The notes: generated from the sequence alone by a model not told the origin. A stretch of DNA of 64,000 nt from Bacillota bacterium (GCA_963666425.2 OY762825.2:1702143-1766142); one strand, 5' to 3'; counted from the stretch's first letter, positions 1-9,893 are shown. Numbers and translations are program-made.

Positions 1-389
1 GACAGGTAGCTCCCCTGGCAAGGCTCTTCCCCGAAAGTGTTTTACGGAATAGTATGGCGAAATCGGTTGCCAAGACAAAATACGCCTATGATAAGATGGT
101 GGAAATGCTCAAACCCTTAACCAAAACACAAATTATCGAGCAAATGGATATTGCCTATGGGGTTTTCACCAAGGAAAATAAGAATGTCAATTTCCTGTTC
201 CCGGTGTTGATTTTATTGGGCGAATTTGATACGACCGGAAAAGTCAAACAATATTGTCAGGAATGGTCCAAAAAAACAGGTTACCCGCTGCACATCATCA
301 AGAATGCCGCACATTTTTCCAATGGCGACAATCCGGAGCAGGTCAATGCTGAAATACAAGGATTTATTAAAACATCACTCGGTGACTGA
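1..389 (+). CDS. alpha/beta hydrolase, C-terminal part (5' end cut by window edge)
   Basis: The reading frame is open from position 3. The C-terminal sequence ...FPVLILLGEFDTTG...IKNAAHFSNGDNPEQV is typical of an alpha/beta-fold hydrolase with the catalytic His near the end. Stop codon is TGA. Confidence 0.6.
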   Translation, partial: QVAPLARLFPESVLRNSMAKSVAKTKYAYDKMVEMLKPLTKTQIIEQMDIAYGVFTKENKNVNFLFPVLILLGEFDTTGKVKQYCQEWSKKTGYPLHIIKNAAHFSNGDNPEQVNAEIQGFIKTSLGD

Positions 390-483
390 GGTGGCAAAGA
401 AGCAAAAGCGGTGAAGGCAGCTCTGCGCGGTTTGAAAGCGCGCAATAGGAATTTTTAGTGCAAGAAAAAGAGGAGTGGATTGG

Positions 484-978
484 ATGAAAACCCTGAATCA
501 ACAGATAGCCGATTATACCGAATTGCTGCGACAGGGAGAATTGCAGATTGCGTATCGCAGCATCCTCAATTACATGGGCAAATTGCGCAGTGATTTTGCT
601 GCGCTGCACCCGGAATATGAGATCAGCGGCAGCATCTATCAGGGCTATCTGGACATGACTTATTTTTCGGTAATACCTGCCGCTCTGAAAGCGAAAGGGC
701 TGAAAATTGCGGTTGTTTATCTGCACGAGAAGGGTTCTTTTGAAGTGTGGCTTTCCGCCAGGAACAGAGCGACGCTCAGAAAATACAAGCCAACAGGCGA
801 CAGCAAGCTTTGGCACGGGTTCTCTGTTTTCCATGATCCGGAGAATGGAGATGCCGCCTTCGAATCTACGCTGACGTCTGAGCCGGATTTTGATGAGCAG
901 AATTCACTGACGCAGCTCATCGTGAGCGGGACGGAAAAATTCATCTCTGCTGTCACAACGAACCTTTTGATGGAATGA
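484..978 (+). CDS. hypothetical protein (conserved DUF-type, function unknown)
   Basis: 164-codon ORF. An AGAGGAG RBS lies 9 nt upstream of the ATG at 484; the track start at 475 is an in-frame GTG. I recognise no catalytic motif. Confidence 0.5.
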   Translation: MKTLNQQIADYTELLRQGELQIAYRSILNYMGKLRSDFAALHPEYEISGSIYQGYLDMTYFSVIPAALKAKGLKIAVVYLHEKGSFEVWLSARNRATLRKYKPTGDSKLWHGFSVFHDPENGDAAFESTLTSEPDFDEQNSLTQLIVSGTEKFISAVTTNLLME

Positions 979-1003
979 GGCTTGCCGAGAGATTGACAAA
1001 CGC

Positions 1004-1055
1004 AAAAAAACAGCATCATAAATCGACAGCCAAGCCACTGCCGATTTATGATGCT
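1004..1055 (-). terminator. intrinsic terminator for the 1071..1907 gene
   Basis: Perfect 14-bp stem AGCATCATAAATCG (1012-1025) / CGATTTATGATGCT (1042-1055). On the minus strand it is followed by a run of 7 U (A-run 1004-1010). Confidence 0.65.
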
Positions 1056-1070
1056 ATAGTATGGAGAATT

Positions 1071-1907
1071 TTACTGGTTGATTGAAATTGTCTTTACTGT
1101 AAATCCATGGTATCCTTCGTCAAAGATTTTCTTTAATGCTGTATTGCCTCCGGTTTCCCATTGTTCGGCGAGATAGAGCATACCGCTCATACAAGCGTAT
1201 TTTTCATAATACTGACCGCAAAACGCCTCGTATAAATACTTTTGCTGAATTTCCGGAGTTGATTCGGCAAGAGCTGCACTCATTTTATGATTACTTCGTT
1301 CTTTTATTTTTTCCAAGTCAGTCGTATGCCAATCAATTGTATGGATTTCTTTGGCTTTATAAGATACCAAATGTGCAAATGCTTCATGAAACGTATTTGC
1401 ATCGAAACGCGTAAGATAATTTTTGCTTTCAGTGTCATCATCGATATTCGGAACAGAACATCCTATCAAAATATGGCATAGTTCATGGGTTAGAAGATTT
1501 TGCACGATTTCCGTAATGTCACGCTGCCCAACGTATTGTGCCCAGCACAGCATGTCAAAAATGACATGTTGTTTTCCGGTGGCATCTCGTTCTACAATCG
1601 CATCGTACGGTTGCGGCAAGCCGACAATCAAATCGACTGTTACATCAGCCAGAATTGCAGGCCAGCTGGGAAACAACGTATTCCAAATAAGTAGATTCGA
1701 TGGTATAAATTCGGCTGCTGTTTTTTCGATTGCTTTACAAGCAATTTCCACTTTTCTTGTATGATCTTTGTCATAAATAGGTTCTTGGAAAATATTGCTT
1801 CCTTGGCTTCTGGCAATCGATGAATTCGAGAAATACCACTCTTGAGAATAATCACTTACTTTTCCACCGGATAAATAGGCGCTGACTATTTTGTTGTTTA
1901 TTCTCAT
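1071..1907 (-). CDS. putative zinc metallopeptidase (HExxH), DUF2268-like
   Basis: 278-aa ORF with an HELCH (HExxH) motif in ...LLTHELCHILIG.... The gene is visibly AT-rich compared with its neighbours. Confidence 0.5.
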   Translation of the reverse strand: MRINNKIVSAYLSGGKVSDYSQEWYFSNSSIARSQGSNIFQEPIYDKDHTRKVEIACKAIEKTAAEFIPSNLLIWNTLFPSWPAILADVTVDLIVGLPQPYDAIVERDATGKQHVIFDMLCWAQYVGQRDITEIVQNLLTHELCHILIGCSVPNIDDDTESKNYLTRFDANTFHEAFAHLVSYKAKEIHTIDWHTTDLEKIKERSNHKMSAALAESTPEIQQKYLYEAFCGQYYEKYACMSGMLYLAEQWETGGNTALKKIFDEGYHGFTVKTISINQ

Positions 1908-2168
1908 CGATAGACTACCTCCACTAAAATTGAAATAATCATATCACATTACCAGCCTGCATTCAATAAAGATGTTATAAATCGTTGCTAATAGTTAATT
2001 TTTACCCTTATGCTGAATTCATTGCCGAAACAGAAAAAGTACATTGCATATTTGTGAGTAATATTACAAATATCTGCCGCATTTTTTCTGTTGCAGCGAA
2101 TGGTCTGCAGATTTGACAATCAGACTGGTGAATCATTACAGAGGCGCATCAATAAGGAGAAACACGAA

Positions 2169-2648
2169 ATGTCTAAACTCGAAATTACCAACATGGTGAT
2201 GGTCCAAGACAAACTAAGCGGCCAGGTTATCGTTCAGGAGAGAATCAAAAACTGGTGCGGCTGTGCTTTTCCCGGCGGTCACGTCGAAAACGGAGAAAGT
2301 ATTTACGACAGCGCTGTGCGTGAAATCAAAGAAGAAACCGGGCTAACTATCCAAAACCTCAAATCTTGTGGTTTGATCTACTGGTTCAATAATAAAACCG
2401 AGGATCGCTATTTTGTTCATTTATATCGTACGACCGATTATACCGGTGAACTGATCGAGAGGAGCGAGGAAGGCAGCGTATTCTGGATGAGTCTTGACGA
2501 ACTTGTTGCAAGGAAGCTTGCTCCCAATTTCAAAGAGTATCTGCCGATTTTTCTGGAAAACAAGTTTTCGGAAGCGTATTGCTCCTGGAATGACGATATG
2601 CAGGCTGATCTGACAAAGGATAATCCCTGGGGGATCATCTACAGGTAG
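2169..2648 (+). CDS. NUDIX hydrolase (MutT/8-oxo-dGTPase-like)
   Basis: Nudix box GGHVENGESIYDSAVREIKEETGL. An AAGGAG RBS at 2154-2159 precedes the ATG at 2169, so the track start at 2091 is probably too long. Confidence 0.85.
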   Translation: MSKLEITNMVMVQDKLSGQVIVQERIKNWCGCAFPGGHVENGESIYDSAVREIKEETGLTIQNLKSCGLIYWFNNKTEDRYFVHLYRTTDYTGELIERSEEGSVFWMSLDELVARKLAPNFKEYLPIFLENKFSEAYCSWNDDMQADLTKDNPWGIIYR

Positions 2649-2719
2649 GAGCAGTAAACAAGGTAAATTTTACCAAAAAACGTGCAGCATTTTAGATTGA
2701 TGGAGGATGAGAACGAGAC

Positions 2720-3706
2720 ATGAAATATCAAACCCCAGCCAATTTTTCTGGTTGTCTGCTTGCGACACAAAAAGGGGAAACACTGGCAGCGGCAAGCTTT
2801 GGCTATATGGATTTGGCGAATAAAATGCCAAATCGGATTGATACCCGCTTTGCTACCGCTTCAGCAGGTAAGATATTTGTCGCCGTCGCAATTTTACAGC
2901 TGATAGAAGCCGGTAAGCTGCGATTCGACAGTCCAATTGGAGAGTATCTTCATTTTGATCTGCACGCGATTGACCGCGTAATCACAGTAGAGCAGCTGCT
3001 TACGCACACATCCGGTATTCCCGATTACTTCGACGAAAGCGTCATGCAGGATTATGACGAGTTGTGGCGTGACTACCCAAATTATAAAATTCGTAAGTCG
3101 TCCGATTTGATTCCTTTGTTTATTGATAAACCGATGATCTATCCCCGCGGTGAGAAATTTCAATATAATAACACCGGCTTTGTAGTTCTTGGCTTAATCA
3201 TAGAGGAGCTTACAGGTGTTTTATTTGATGAATACCTGCAAAAAGCAGTTTTTCAACCGTGTGAAATGCTGGATACCGGTTATTTTGCACTGGATCGGCT
3301 TCCGGAGCGCTGTGCAAATTCTTACATCTGTGACGAGCAAAATGGTAATTATCATACCAACATTTATAGTGTTGATGTCAAAGGGACCGGTGCGGGCGGA
3401 GCATTCACCACGGTTTGGGATATCAATCGCTTTTGGAGTGCCTTGTTGACTTTTCGATTACTTTCTGCACCAATGACCAAAAAAATGCTCGTTCCTCACG
3501 CGGGCAGCGGTAAAGCACAGTATGGCTTGGGTGTTTGGCTGGATCAAACGGCAGCAGGCAGCTTTACACCGCATATAGAAGGCAGTGATCCGGGTGTCAG
3601 TTTCATTTCGAGTTATGATCTTGATAGGGAACTCTGCGTAACGGTTGTCAGCAATTTTGGACATAATGTATGGCGGCTGCAAAAAGAAATATTCAATTCT
3701 ATTTAA
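2720..3706 (+). CDS. serine hydrolase, beta-lactamase/PBP4*-type (class C related)
   Basis: SxxK motif (ASAGK) near the N-terminus and a length of 328 aa. A GGAGG RBS lies upstream. Confidence 0.8.
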   Translation: MKYQTPANFSGCLLATQKGETLAAASFGYMDLANKMPNRIDTRFATASAGKIFVAVAILQLIEAGKLRFDSPIGEYLHFDLHAIDRVITVEQLLTHTSGIPDYFDESVMQDYDELWRDYPNYKIRKSSDLIPLFIDKPMIYPRGEKFQYNNTGFVVLGLIIEELTGVLFDEYLQKAVFQPCEMLDTGYFALDRLPERCANSYICDEQNGNYHTNIYSVDVKGTGAGGAFTTVWDINRFWSALLTFRLLSAPMTKKMLVPHAGSGKAQYGLGVWLDQTAAGSFTPHIEGSDPGVSFISSYDLDRELCVTVVSNFGHNVWRLQKEIFNSI

Positions 3707-3814
3707 AGCTGAGTAACCGAATGCGCGGCGGTTTTGGATGCGCCTAGATGGATAGATGATAACCCATTCAGTATTATTCTTTGCTCCCTTGAGACTCGCT
3801 CAAACGGTGTACTC

Positions 3815-3863
3815 GATCTTTGCCAGGCAGGCTGACACAAGCTGCCTGGCAAAGATCTTTTTT
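3815..3863 (+). terminator. intrinsic terminator
   Basis: 16-bp perfect stem GATCTTTGCCAGGCAG (3815-3830) / CTGCCTGGCAAAGATC (3842-3857), followed by TTTTTT (3858-3863). Confidence 0.75.
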
Positions 3864-4020
3864 GTGGAATTTCAGAAAACCACCGTGATATGCGGCCAAT
3901 CGGCTTTTTTGCTACTATTTCCTGAAAATAGGCCAAAATAACCCTTGTAAATGATTTTAAATGGATATATGCTGGTTTTGAGGATATCCTTTAGAATAAA
4001 ACAGAGGAGATGGATGGAGT

Positions 4021-5010
4021 ATGAATCGGGAAAAAATCGCAGAATTGGAGCAGATAATCAGGAACGACTACAGCAATATTGCGGGTATGCTTGTACAGAA
4101 AAACAACAAAACGGTATATGAGCAGTATTTCAACGGATACACTGCAGAGCGTGCTCTTCATGTGTTTTCGGTGACGAAGAGTGTTGTCAATCTGCTGATC
4201 GGTATTGCCATCGATCAGGGATATCTCAAAAGCGTTGACCAAAAAGTGTTGGACTTTTTTCCGGATTACACGCTGAAACGCGGCGAAAAAACTGCGCAGC
4301 GCGTCACGATCCGGGATATTCTGACGATGAGCGCACCCTATAAATATAAATCGGCGCCCTACACAAAGTATTTTACGAGCGAAAGCTGGGTCAAAGCAGC
4401 GCTGGACTTATTGGGCGGTAAGGGAGAGATCGGTAAATTCCGTTACACGCCTCTGATCGGACCGGATATCCTGACGGGTATTCTGGCAAAAGCAACCGGT
4501 CGCTCCACGCTTGATTTTGCCCGTGAAAATGTGTTCGCACCGCTTGGCATTCAGGCTGACCGCAATATCGTCTTTCAAAGCAAGGAAGAACAGCTGGCCC
4601 TGATGACGAAGGAAAATCATCTTTGCGGCTGGGTCGCTGATCCGCAGGGAATCAATACAGCGGGTTGGGGCCTTTTTCTCAAAGCAGCGGAGATGGCGAA
4701 GATCGGCCAGTTGTACCTAAATCGCGGAGCATGGCAGGGCAGACAGCTGGTATCCGCCGAATGGATCAACGAGAGCACACAAGAACACAGCCGTTGGGAA
4801 GAGTTGGGGCTCAAATACGGCTATTTGTGGTGGATCATTGATGAAGAAGAACACAGCTTTGCGGCTTTGGGGGATGGCGGCAACGTGATTTATGTCAATC
4901 CGGCCAAGAATTTGGTTGTTGCCATCGCAGCTTTATTCGTGCCGCGTCCAAAGGACAGCGTAATGCTGATCAGAAAAATAGTGGAACCGATGTTTGAAAA
5001 TCAGGACTGA
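4021..5010 (+). CDS. serine hydrolase, beta-lactamase family
   Basis: SxxK motif (FSVTKS), 329 aa, GAGGAG RBS. It is a distant paralog of the 2720..3706 gene. Confidence 0.8.
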   Translation: MNREKIAELEQIIRNDYSNIAGMLVQKNNKTVYEQYFNGYTAERALHVFSVTKSVVNLLIGIAIDQGYLKSVDQKVLDFFPDYTLKRGEKTAQRVTIRDILTMSAPYKYKSAPYTKYFTSESWVKAALDLLGGKGEIGKFRYTPLIGPDILTGILAKATGRSTLDFARENVFAPLGIQADRNIVFQSKEEQLALMTKENHLCGWVADPQGINTAGWGLFLKAAEMAKIGQLYLNRGAWQGRQLVSAEWINESTQEHSRWEELGLKYGYLWWIIDEEEHSFAALGDGGNVIYVNPAKNLVVAIAALFVPRPKDSVMLIRKIVEPMFENQD

Positions 5011-5201
5011 AGCAGACTGAGTTACCGTGGCACACTTTGGGGATCCGTTCAGCTACGCGACGATAATTCTTTTTAATTTTGGGACAAAAGGAAGGCAAAG
5101 AAAATATTCGTCGTATATTTGCAAGTGATTCAACAAATATTCGTTGCATTTTTTGTTGCTGCGTGCCATGATAGAATCAGATCAATTACGGAGGTGTATT
5201 T

Positions 5202-6506
5202 ATGTATCGGTACGCATTGGATGAACTCTATCGATGGAAAGAAAGCAAATATCGCAAACCGCTCGTTCTTGAAGGAGCGAGGTAGGTGGGTAAGACTTGG
5301 CTCATGAAAGAATTCGGAGCAAAGGCTTATACCGATACCATTTACATCAACTTTGATTCGAACAGCCAGATGGCCGATCTTTTCTCAGCGGATCTCAAAG
5401 CAGAACGGCTTATGCTCGGCCTGGAACTTTTTGCGGGCAGAAAAATCAATCCCGGCAATACACTGATCATTTTTGATGAAGTCCAAGAGGTTCCCAAGGC
5501 GCTAACCAGTTTAAAATACTTCTACGAAGACGCTCCGCAATATCATATTGTCTGTGCAGGCTCACTTTTAGGAATTGCCTTGCATGGCGGTACCTCTTTC
5601 CCGGTTGGGAAAGTAGATTTTTTAAAATTATATCCATTATCCTTTAAAGAGTTTTTGATTGCGACCGGCAATAAGCGTTTTGTCGAGTTGCTTGAAAAAC
5701 AAGATTATCCAATGATTACAAGCTTCAGGCAGGTATTCATCGATGCGCTCAAGCAGTATTATTTTATCGGTGGAATGCCGGAGGCTGTGCTGCATTTTAG
5801 CGAGAACAAAGATTTCAATGAGGTTCGCAGGATTCAAATGCGAATTTTGGCAGCTTACGAGCAGGATTTTTCCAAGCATGCTCCGAATGAAATCGTGCCA
5901 AAAATCCGCATGCTTTGGAACAGTATCCCCTCACAACTAGCAAAAGAAAACAAGAAATTTATTTATGGGCTTGTTCGTGACGGTGCTCGGGCAAAGGAAT
6001 ACGAAACTGCCATGCTGTGGTTGATAGATTGTGGACTTATTCACAAAGTCTGCCGTGTCAATACCCCTCATCTGCCCTTAAAAGCTTATGAGGATTTAAA
6101 AGCATTTAAACTGTTTGTGGTCGATGTCGGGTTGCTCTCCTGTATGACTGGGCTGCATCAACGAATCCTGCTTGACGGGAATGACCTTTTCGTGGAATTC
6201 AAAGAGGCATTGAGCGAGCAATATGTGCTGCAGCAGCTTGTTGCGATGCTGAATATTTCCATCTATTATTATACGAATGATAGAAATTCCTCTGAGATTG
6301 ATTTTATGATTGACGATGGTGAACACATCATACCGATTGAAGTAAAAGCAGAAGTCAACCTCATGGCAAAGAGCCTCAAAACATATAAAGAGAAATTCAA
6401 CCCAGAGCTTTCCGTGAGGACTTCAATGGCGGATTATAAAAAGCGAGAGTGGCTGGTTAATTTGCCACTCTATGCTGTCTTTGAGGTTGGAAAGCTCTAT
6501 GACTGA
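5202..6506 (+). pseudogene. AAA-family ATPase (AAA_14/DUF4143 type) interrupted by an in-frame TAG inside the Walker A loop
   Basis: A GGAGGTG RBS precedes the ATG at 5202. Translation gives MYRYALDELYRWKESKYRKPLVLEGAR-TAG(5283-5285)-VGKTWLMKEFG, and G-A-R-*-V-G-K-T is the P-loop GxxxxGKT. The remaining 406 codons are open and match the ATPase/DUF4143 family. Confidence 0.7.
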
Positions 6507-6526
6507 GGTGTCTGAGACGGACGATT

Positions 6527-7020
6527 AAGGAGAAACACGCACGCCAAAACTCGAAATTACCAACATGGATATGGTGCAAGATAAGACAACAGGTAAAGTA
6601 AATCGTTCAGGATAGGATCAAAAACTGGTGCGTTTGGCTTCCCCCGGTGGTCACGCTGAAAACGGAGAAAGTATTTACGACAGCGCTGTGCGTGAAATCA
6701 AAGAAGAAACCGGGTTAACCATCCAAAATTTTAAATCCTGTGGTTTGATCTACTGGTTCAACAATAAAACCGAGGATCGCTATTTTGTTCATTTATATCG
6801 TACGACCGATTATATTGGTGAACTGATCGAGGTCACCGAGGAAGGCAGAGTGTTCTGGTTGAGTCTCGATGATCTTGTTAAGAGGAAGCTTGCTCCTAAT
6901 TTCAAAGAGTATCTGACGATTATTCTGGAAAACAAGAATTCGGAAGCGTATTGTTCCTGGAATGACGATATGCTGGTTAATCTGATAGAGGACAATCCCT
7001 GGGGGATTATTTACAGATAA
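6527..7020 (+). pseudogene. decayed second copy of the NUDIX hydrolase gene
   Basis: It aligns by eye with 2154..2648, including the same AAGGAGAAACACG RBS. The ATG TCT of copy 1 is ACG CCA here. A +1/-1 indel pair creates an in-frame TAG at 6613-6615. Only the C-terminal 130 codons (from a GTG at 6628) stay open. Confidence 0.7.
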
Positions 7021-7251
7021 TAGCCAAGGGAATTCGGATGGTGGATTTCGCAGCGAGTGATGTGTCTTTGGTTTGCTTACAACTTAGTGCGGGAAATACA
7101 GGTAGGTTCGAAAAAATCAAATAACCGGATCCGAATGTTTTACCAACAGACCAACAGCGCAGCGATTGATTACGATGCCGGTACCTTCAAAATCAATCGG
7201 AATATGAGATGATTTTTCTGTCACAGTATTTTTTTCACAATTCAACGATAT

Positions 7252-7301
7252 AAAAACAGAGTCTGGTATCTGCTTTTTGCAGTTATCGGACTCTGTTTTT
7301 T
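7252..7301. terminator. bidirectional terminator-like hairpin
   Basis: AAAAACAGAGTC (7252-7263) pairs with GACTCTGTTTTT (7289-7300), so A and T runs sit on either side. Confidence 0.5.
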
Positions 7302-7417
7302 AAGCTGTTTTGTTACAGTCGTATGAAGCGGTATTTACGGAATAAATGATTCAAAAAGCCTTTATCAATCGATGCGTTAGCGTGACAAAACCAAACCTGC
7401 CTAATTTACAGAACCTT

Positions 7418-8038
7418 CTATTTGATAATTGACTCAGTGCGGTATCTTGCTAAGAAGGTTGCAATAATTTCATCCAACATTGGTTTCACCCTTTCTTTAT
7501 CAATACCATTGGAAAAAAGAGCTGGATAAGTGATCGCTCCTTCCACCAGGGCATAGAATACTCGGGCTGTGAGGATTAAATTATCTGTTTTAATTTTATG
7601 ATCTTTTTCTGCTTCCTTAAGCCAATCAAGCAGCATATCATAAACCGGAGGGTATTTTGTTACGGTTTCTCTGGCATAATTAATGTCCTTGAGAAAAACG
7701 CCGGTCAAAAATCGAGATAGTCCTAATCGCTCAGGTGAATCAATCAGGAAGATTTCCGCATTCGCAAATGCCAATAATTGTTCTTCCAATGAATTTTTTG
7801 AATTGTATGTGATAGTTTTCAAACTTTGGCGTTGAGCTAAGAAATCATTCACAATTGCCTGGAATAGATTCTCCTTGCTGCCAAAATGATTATAGACAGT
7901 ACGTTTAGAGACTCCGGCTGTTTCTGCAATTTTATCCATGCTTGCCAGTTCATAACCCATACTGATAAAGACATCGACGGCACCTTCCAGAATCGTTGCC
8001 CGTTTTTTGCTTTTGTCCCGACTTTTCGGTTGTATCAT
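7418..8038 (-). CDS. TetR/AcrR family transcriptional regulator
   Basis: N-terminal HTH ...ILEGAVDVFISMGYELASMDKIAETAGVSKRTVYNHFGSKENLF. It is transcribed divergently from the oxidoreductase gene. Confidence 0.85.
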   Translation of the reverse strand: MIQPKSRDKSKKRATILEGAVDVFISMGYELASMDKIAETAGVSKRTVYNHFGSKENLFQAIVNDFLAQRQSLKTITYNSKNSLEEQLLAFANAEIFLIDSPERLGLSRFLTGVFLKDINYARETVTKYPPVYDMLLDWLKEAEKDHKIKTDNLILTARVFYALVEGAITYPALFSNGIDKERVKPMLDEIIATFLARYRTESIIK

Positions 8039-8065
8039 TTCAATAACTCCTTGTAACTTTTTGTA

Positions 8066-8127
8066 AATTACACCAATAAGTGTAATTAGGTGTTGACTCC
8101 CAATTAATTATACTATATAGTGTAATT
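8066..8127. promoter_or_regulatory. candidate TetR operator sites flanking a TTGACT-17-TATAGT promoter
   Basis: Inverted repeat AATTACAC-N6-GTGTAATT (8066-8087), a third GTGTAATT at 8120-8127, and TTGACT at 8093-8098. Confidence 0.4.
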
Positions 8128-8172
8128 AAAGGCAAGCGAAAATACAGCAGAGAAAATTTAGGAGGGATTGGT

Positions 8173-9093
8173 ATCAAAGCAGTTGTATGCACCAAATATG
8201 GACCACCGGAAGTTCTTCAACTCAAAGAGGTTGAAAAACCGATGCCCGGTGAAAATGAGATTTGTATCAAGGTTTTTGCGACAGCAGTTACTGCCAGTGA
8301 CTGCATCATTCGTGGATTTAAAGTTGCCATCCAGTTCTGGTTACCGATGGCGGCAGCAATTGGTTTTCATAAACCAAGAAAATCCATACTTGGAATGGTA
8401 TTTGCCGGAGAAATCGAATCTGTCGGTGATAATATCAAATCATTTCAAAAAGGGGATCAGGTTTACGGCTTCGATCGGTTCGGCTTTGGTGCATATGCAG
8501 AGTATAAGTGTATCGCAGAAGAAGGTTTGTTGGTAAAAAAACCGGTTACTGTTTCGTATGAAGAAGCCGCAGCGGTTCCTTTTGGTGGCTTGTTGGCACT
8601 ATTTTACCTGAAAATAGCAAAGATAGAAAGTGGTCAAAAGGTTCTTATTTACGGTGCTTCGGGTGCAATTGGTACTTCTGCCGTACAGCTTGCCAAATAT
8701 TTCGGGGCGGAAGTTACAGGAGTATGCAGCACGACGAATTTGGAACTGGTAAAATCCTTAGGTGCAGATAAAGTCATTGACTACACCAAAGAAGACTTTA
8801 CAGCCGGAAAAGAGCGGTTTGATCTGATCTTCAATTCTGTTGGCAAAAAGAAAGTCAAATTACAATGCAAAAAATCACTGACTCAAAATGGCAAGCACAT
8901 CACCGTCGATGATGGTTCGCCGACACTTCAGATGGCAGATTTAGTCTTTCTCAATGAACTCCTTGGTGAAGGAAAGCTGAAACCGGTGATCGATCGATGC
9001 TATTCGCTGGAGCAAATTGTGGAAGCTCATCGCTACGTAGAAAAAGGGCATAAAAAGGGCAATGTCATTATCACGATGTGTCATAACAATTAG
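8173..9093 (+). CDS. NAD(P)-dependent MDR-family alcohol dehydrogenase / quinone oxidoreductase
   Basis: Family-typical N-terminus KAVVCTKYGPPEVLQLKEVEKPMPGENEICIKV and a Rossmann motif LIYGASGAIGTSAVQLAK. The conserved N-terminus lies upstream of the first ATG (8242), and the codon at the expected start position is ATC (see findings). Confidence 0.75.
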   Translation: MKAVVCTKYGPPEVLQLKEVEKPMPGENEICIKVFATAVTASDCIIRGFKVAIQFWLPMAAAIGFHKPRKSILGMVFAGEIESVGDNIKSFQKGDQVYGFDRFGFGAYAEYKCIAEEGLLVKKPVTVSYEEAAAVPFGGLLALFYLKIAKIESGQKVLIYGASGAIGTSAVQLAKYFGAEVTGVCSTTNLELVKSLGADKVIDYTKEDFTAGKERFDLIFNSVGKKKVKLQCKKSLTQNGKHITVDDGSPTLQMADLVFLNELLGEGKLKPVIDRCYSLEQIVEAHRYVEKGHKKGNVIITMCHNN

Positions 9094-9143
9094 ACAATAA
9101 GAATGAATCAATTAAAAAAATTATTTGGAGGTATTTAGGTATT

Positions 9144-9809
9144 ATGGATACAACAACAAAAAGAGGTTTGTTTCAATTATTAGGCATTACTTTTCTCGTT
9201 CAGGCAATAACACCATTAATCGGCGGGTTATTATTCAAGAATTTAGAATCCAGCAGCGGTATTGCAGCTACCATGAACAATATAACCCAGAATATTTTCA
9301 CTGTGCAGGCGAGTGTGTTCTTGCAATTTATCGCAGCCATTGTCGTCATCATGCTGGGTGTGGCAATCTATCAAACATCAGGTCACATCAATAAAACAAT
9401 GAGTGCAATTGCAGCTCTTCTCTATACATTTGAGGCAATCCTGCTTGCTGTCGGTCAAGTCTTCATTGTTGGATTGATGAAGGTCAGTGAAGTTTATTCG
9501 GCAGGCGGAGATGCTGGACTTCTGAGTCTGGGAAATGTATTATTATCCTGCAGGCATTTCGCCGGTGAGATTGCGATGTTGCCGTTTGGGATTGGGGCGA
9601 TCATTTTTTATTATCAATTAGGCAAAGCAAACGTGATACCAAAGTGGTTAATGGTCTGGGGCTTGGTGACAGCACCTTGTATTTTGATGTATTTCACTTT
9701 GGGTTTTTTTGGCATCGTACTGCCGTTTGCACTTTGCCTGCCCTATGTGCCGTTTGAATTCTTTACGGGTATCTATATCATCATAAAGTATCGAAAGAAA
9801 ATGGTCTAG
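9144..9809 (+). CDS. integral membrane protein (DUF4386-like)
   Basis: 221 aa with several hydrophobic helices and a GGAGG RBS. The family assignment is from memory only. Confidence 0.5.
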   Translation: MDTTTKRGLFQLLGITFLVQAITPLIGGLLFKNLESSSGIAATMNNITQNIFTVQASVFLQFIAAIVVIMLGVAIYQTSGHINKTMSAIAALLYTFEAILLAVGQVFIVGLMKVSEVYSAGGDAGLLSLGNVLLSCRHFAGEIAMLPFGIGAIIFYYQLGKANVIPKWLMVWGLVTAPCILMYFTLGFFGIVLPFALCLPYVPFEFFTGIYIIIKYRKKMV

Positions 9810-9852
9810 AGATATTAGGAATCATCATTTAGCCGCTAGACTGTACGATTGA

Positions 9853-9889
9853 AAGCAACCACCTGATCTGATTGATGGGGTGGTTGCTT
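9853..9889 (+). terminator. terminator hairpin
   Basis: 11-bp stem AAGCAACCACC (9853-9863) / GGTGGTTGCTT (9879-9889), followed by GATTTTA. Confidence 0.55.
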
Positions 9890-9893
9890 GATT

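Noticed and set aside
5283-5285. The TAG in the ATPase P-loop could be a pyrrolysine or other recoding site.
   Set aside because: TAG is used as an ordinary stop by neighbouring genes (2646-2648, 9091-9093, 9807-9809). No pyl genes are in the window, and the position aligns with a plain Gln in my memory of homologs. A nonsense mutation or a sequencing error is far more likely.
8168-8536. The track ORF starting at TTG 8168 (122 aa), as an alternative start for the oxidoreductase locus.
   Set aside because: It is in a different frame from the conserved MDR sequence. The TTG is only 1 nt from the SD, and the translation has no family resemblance.
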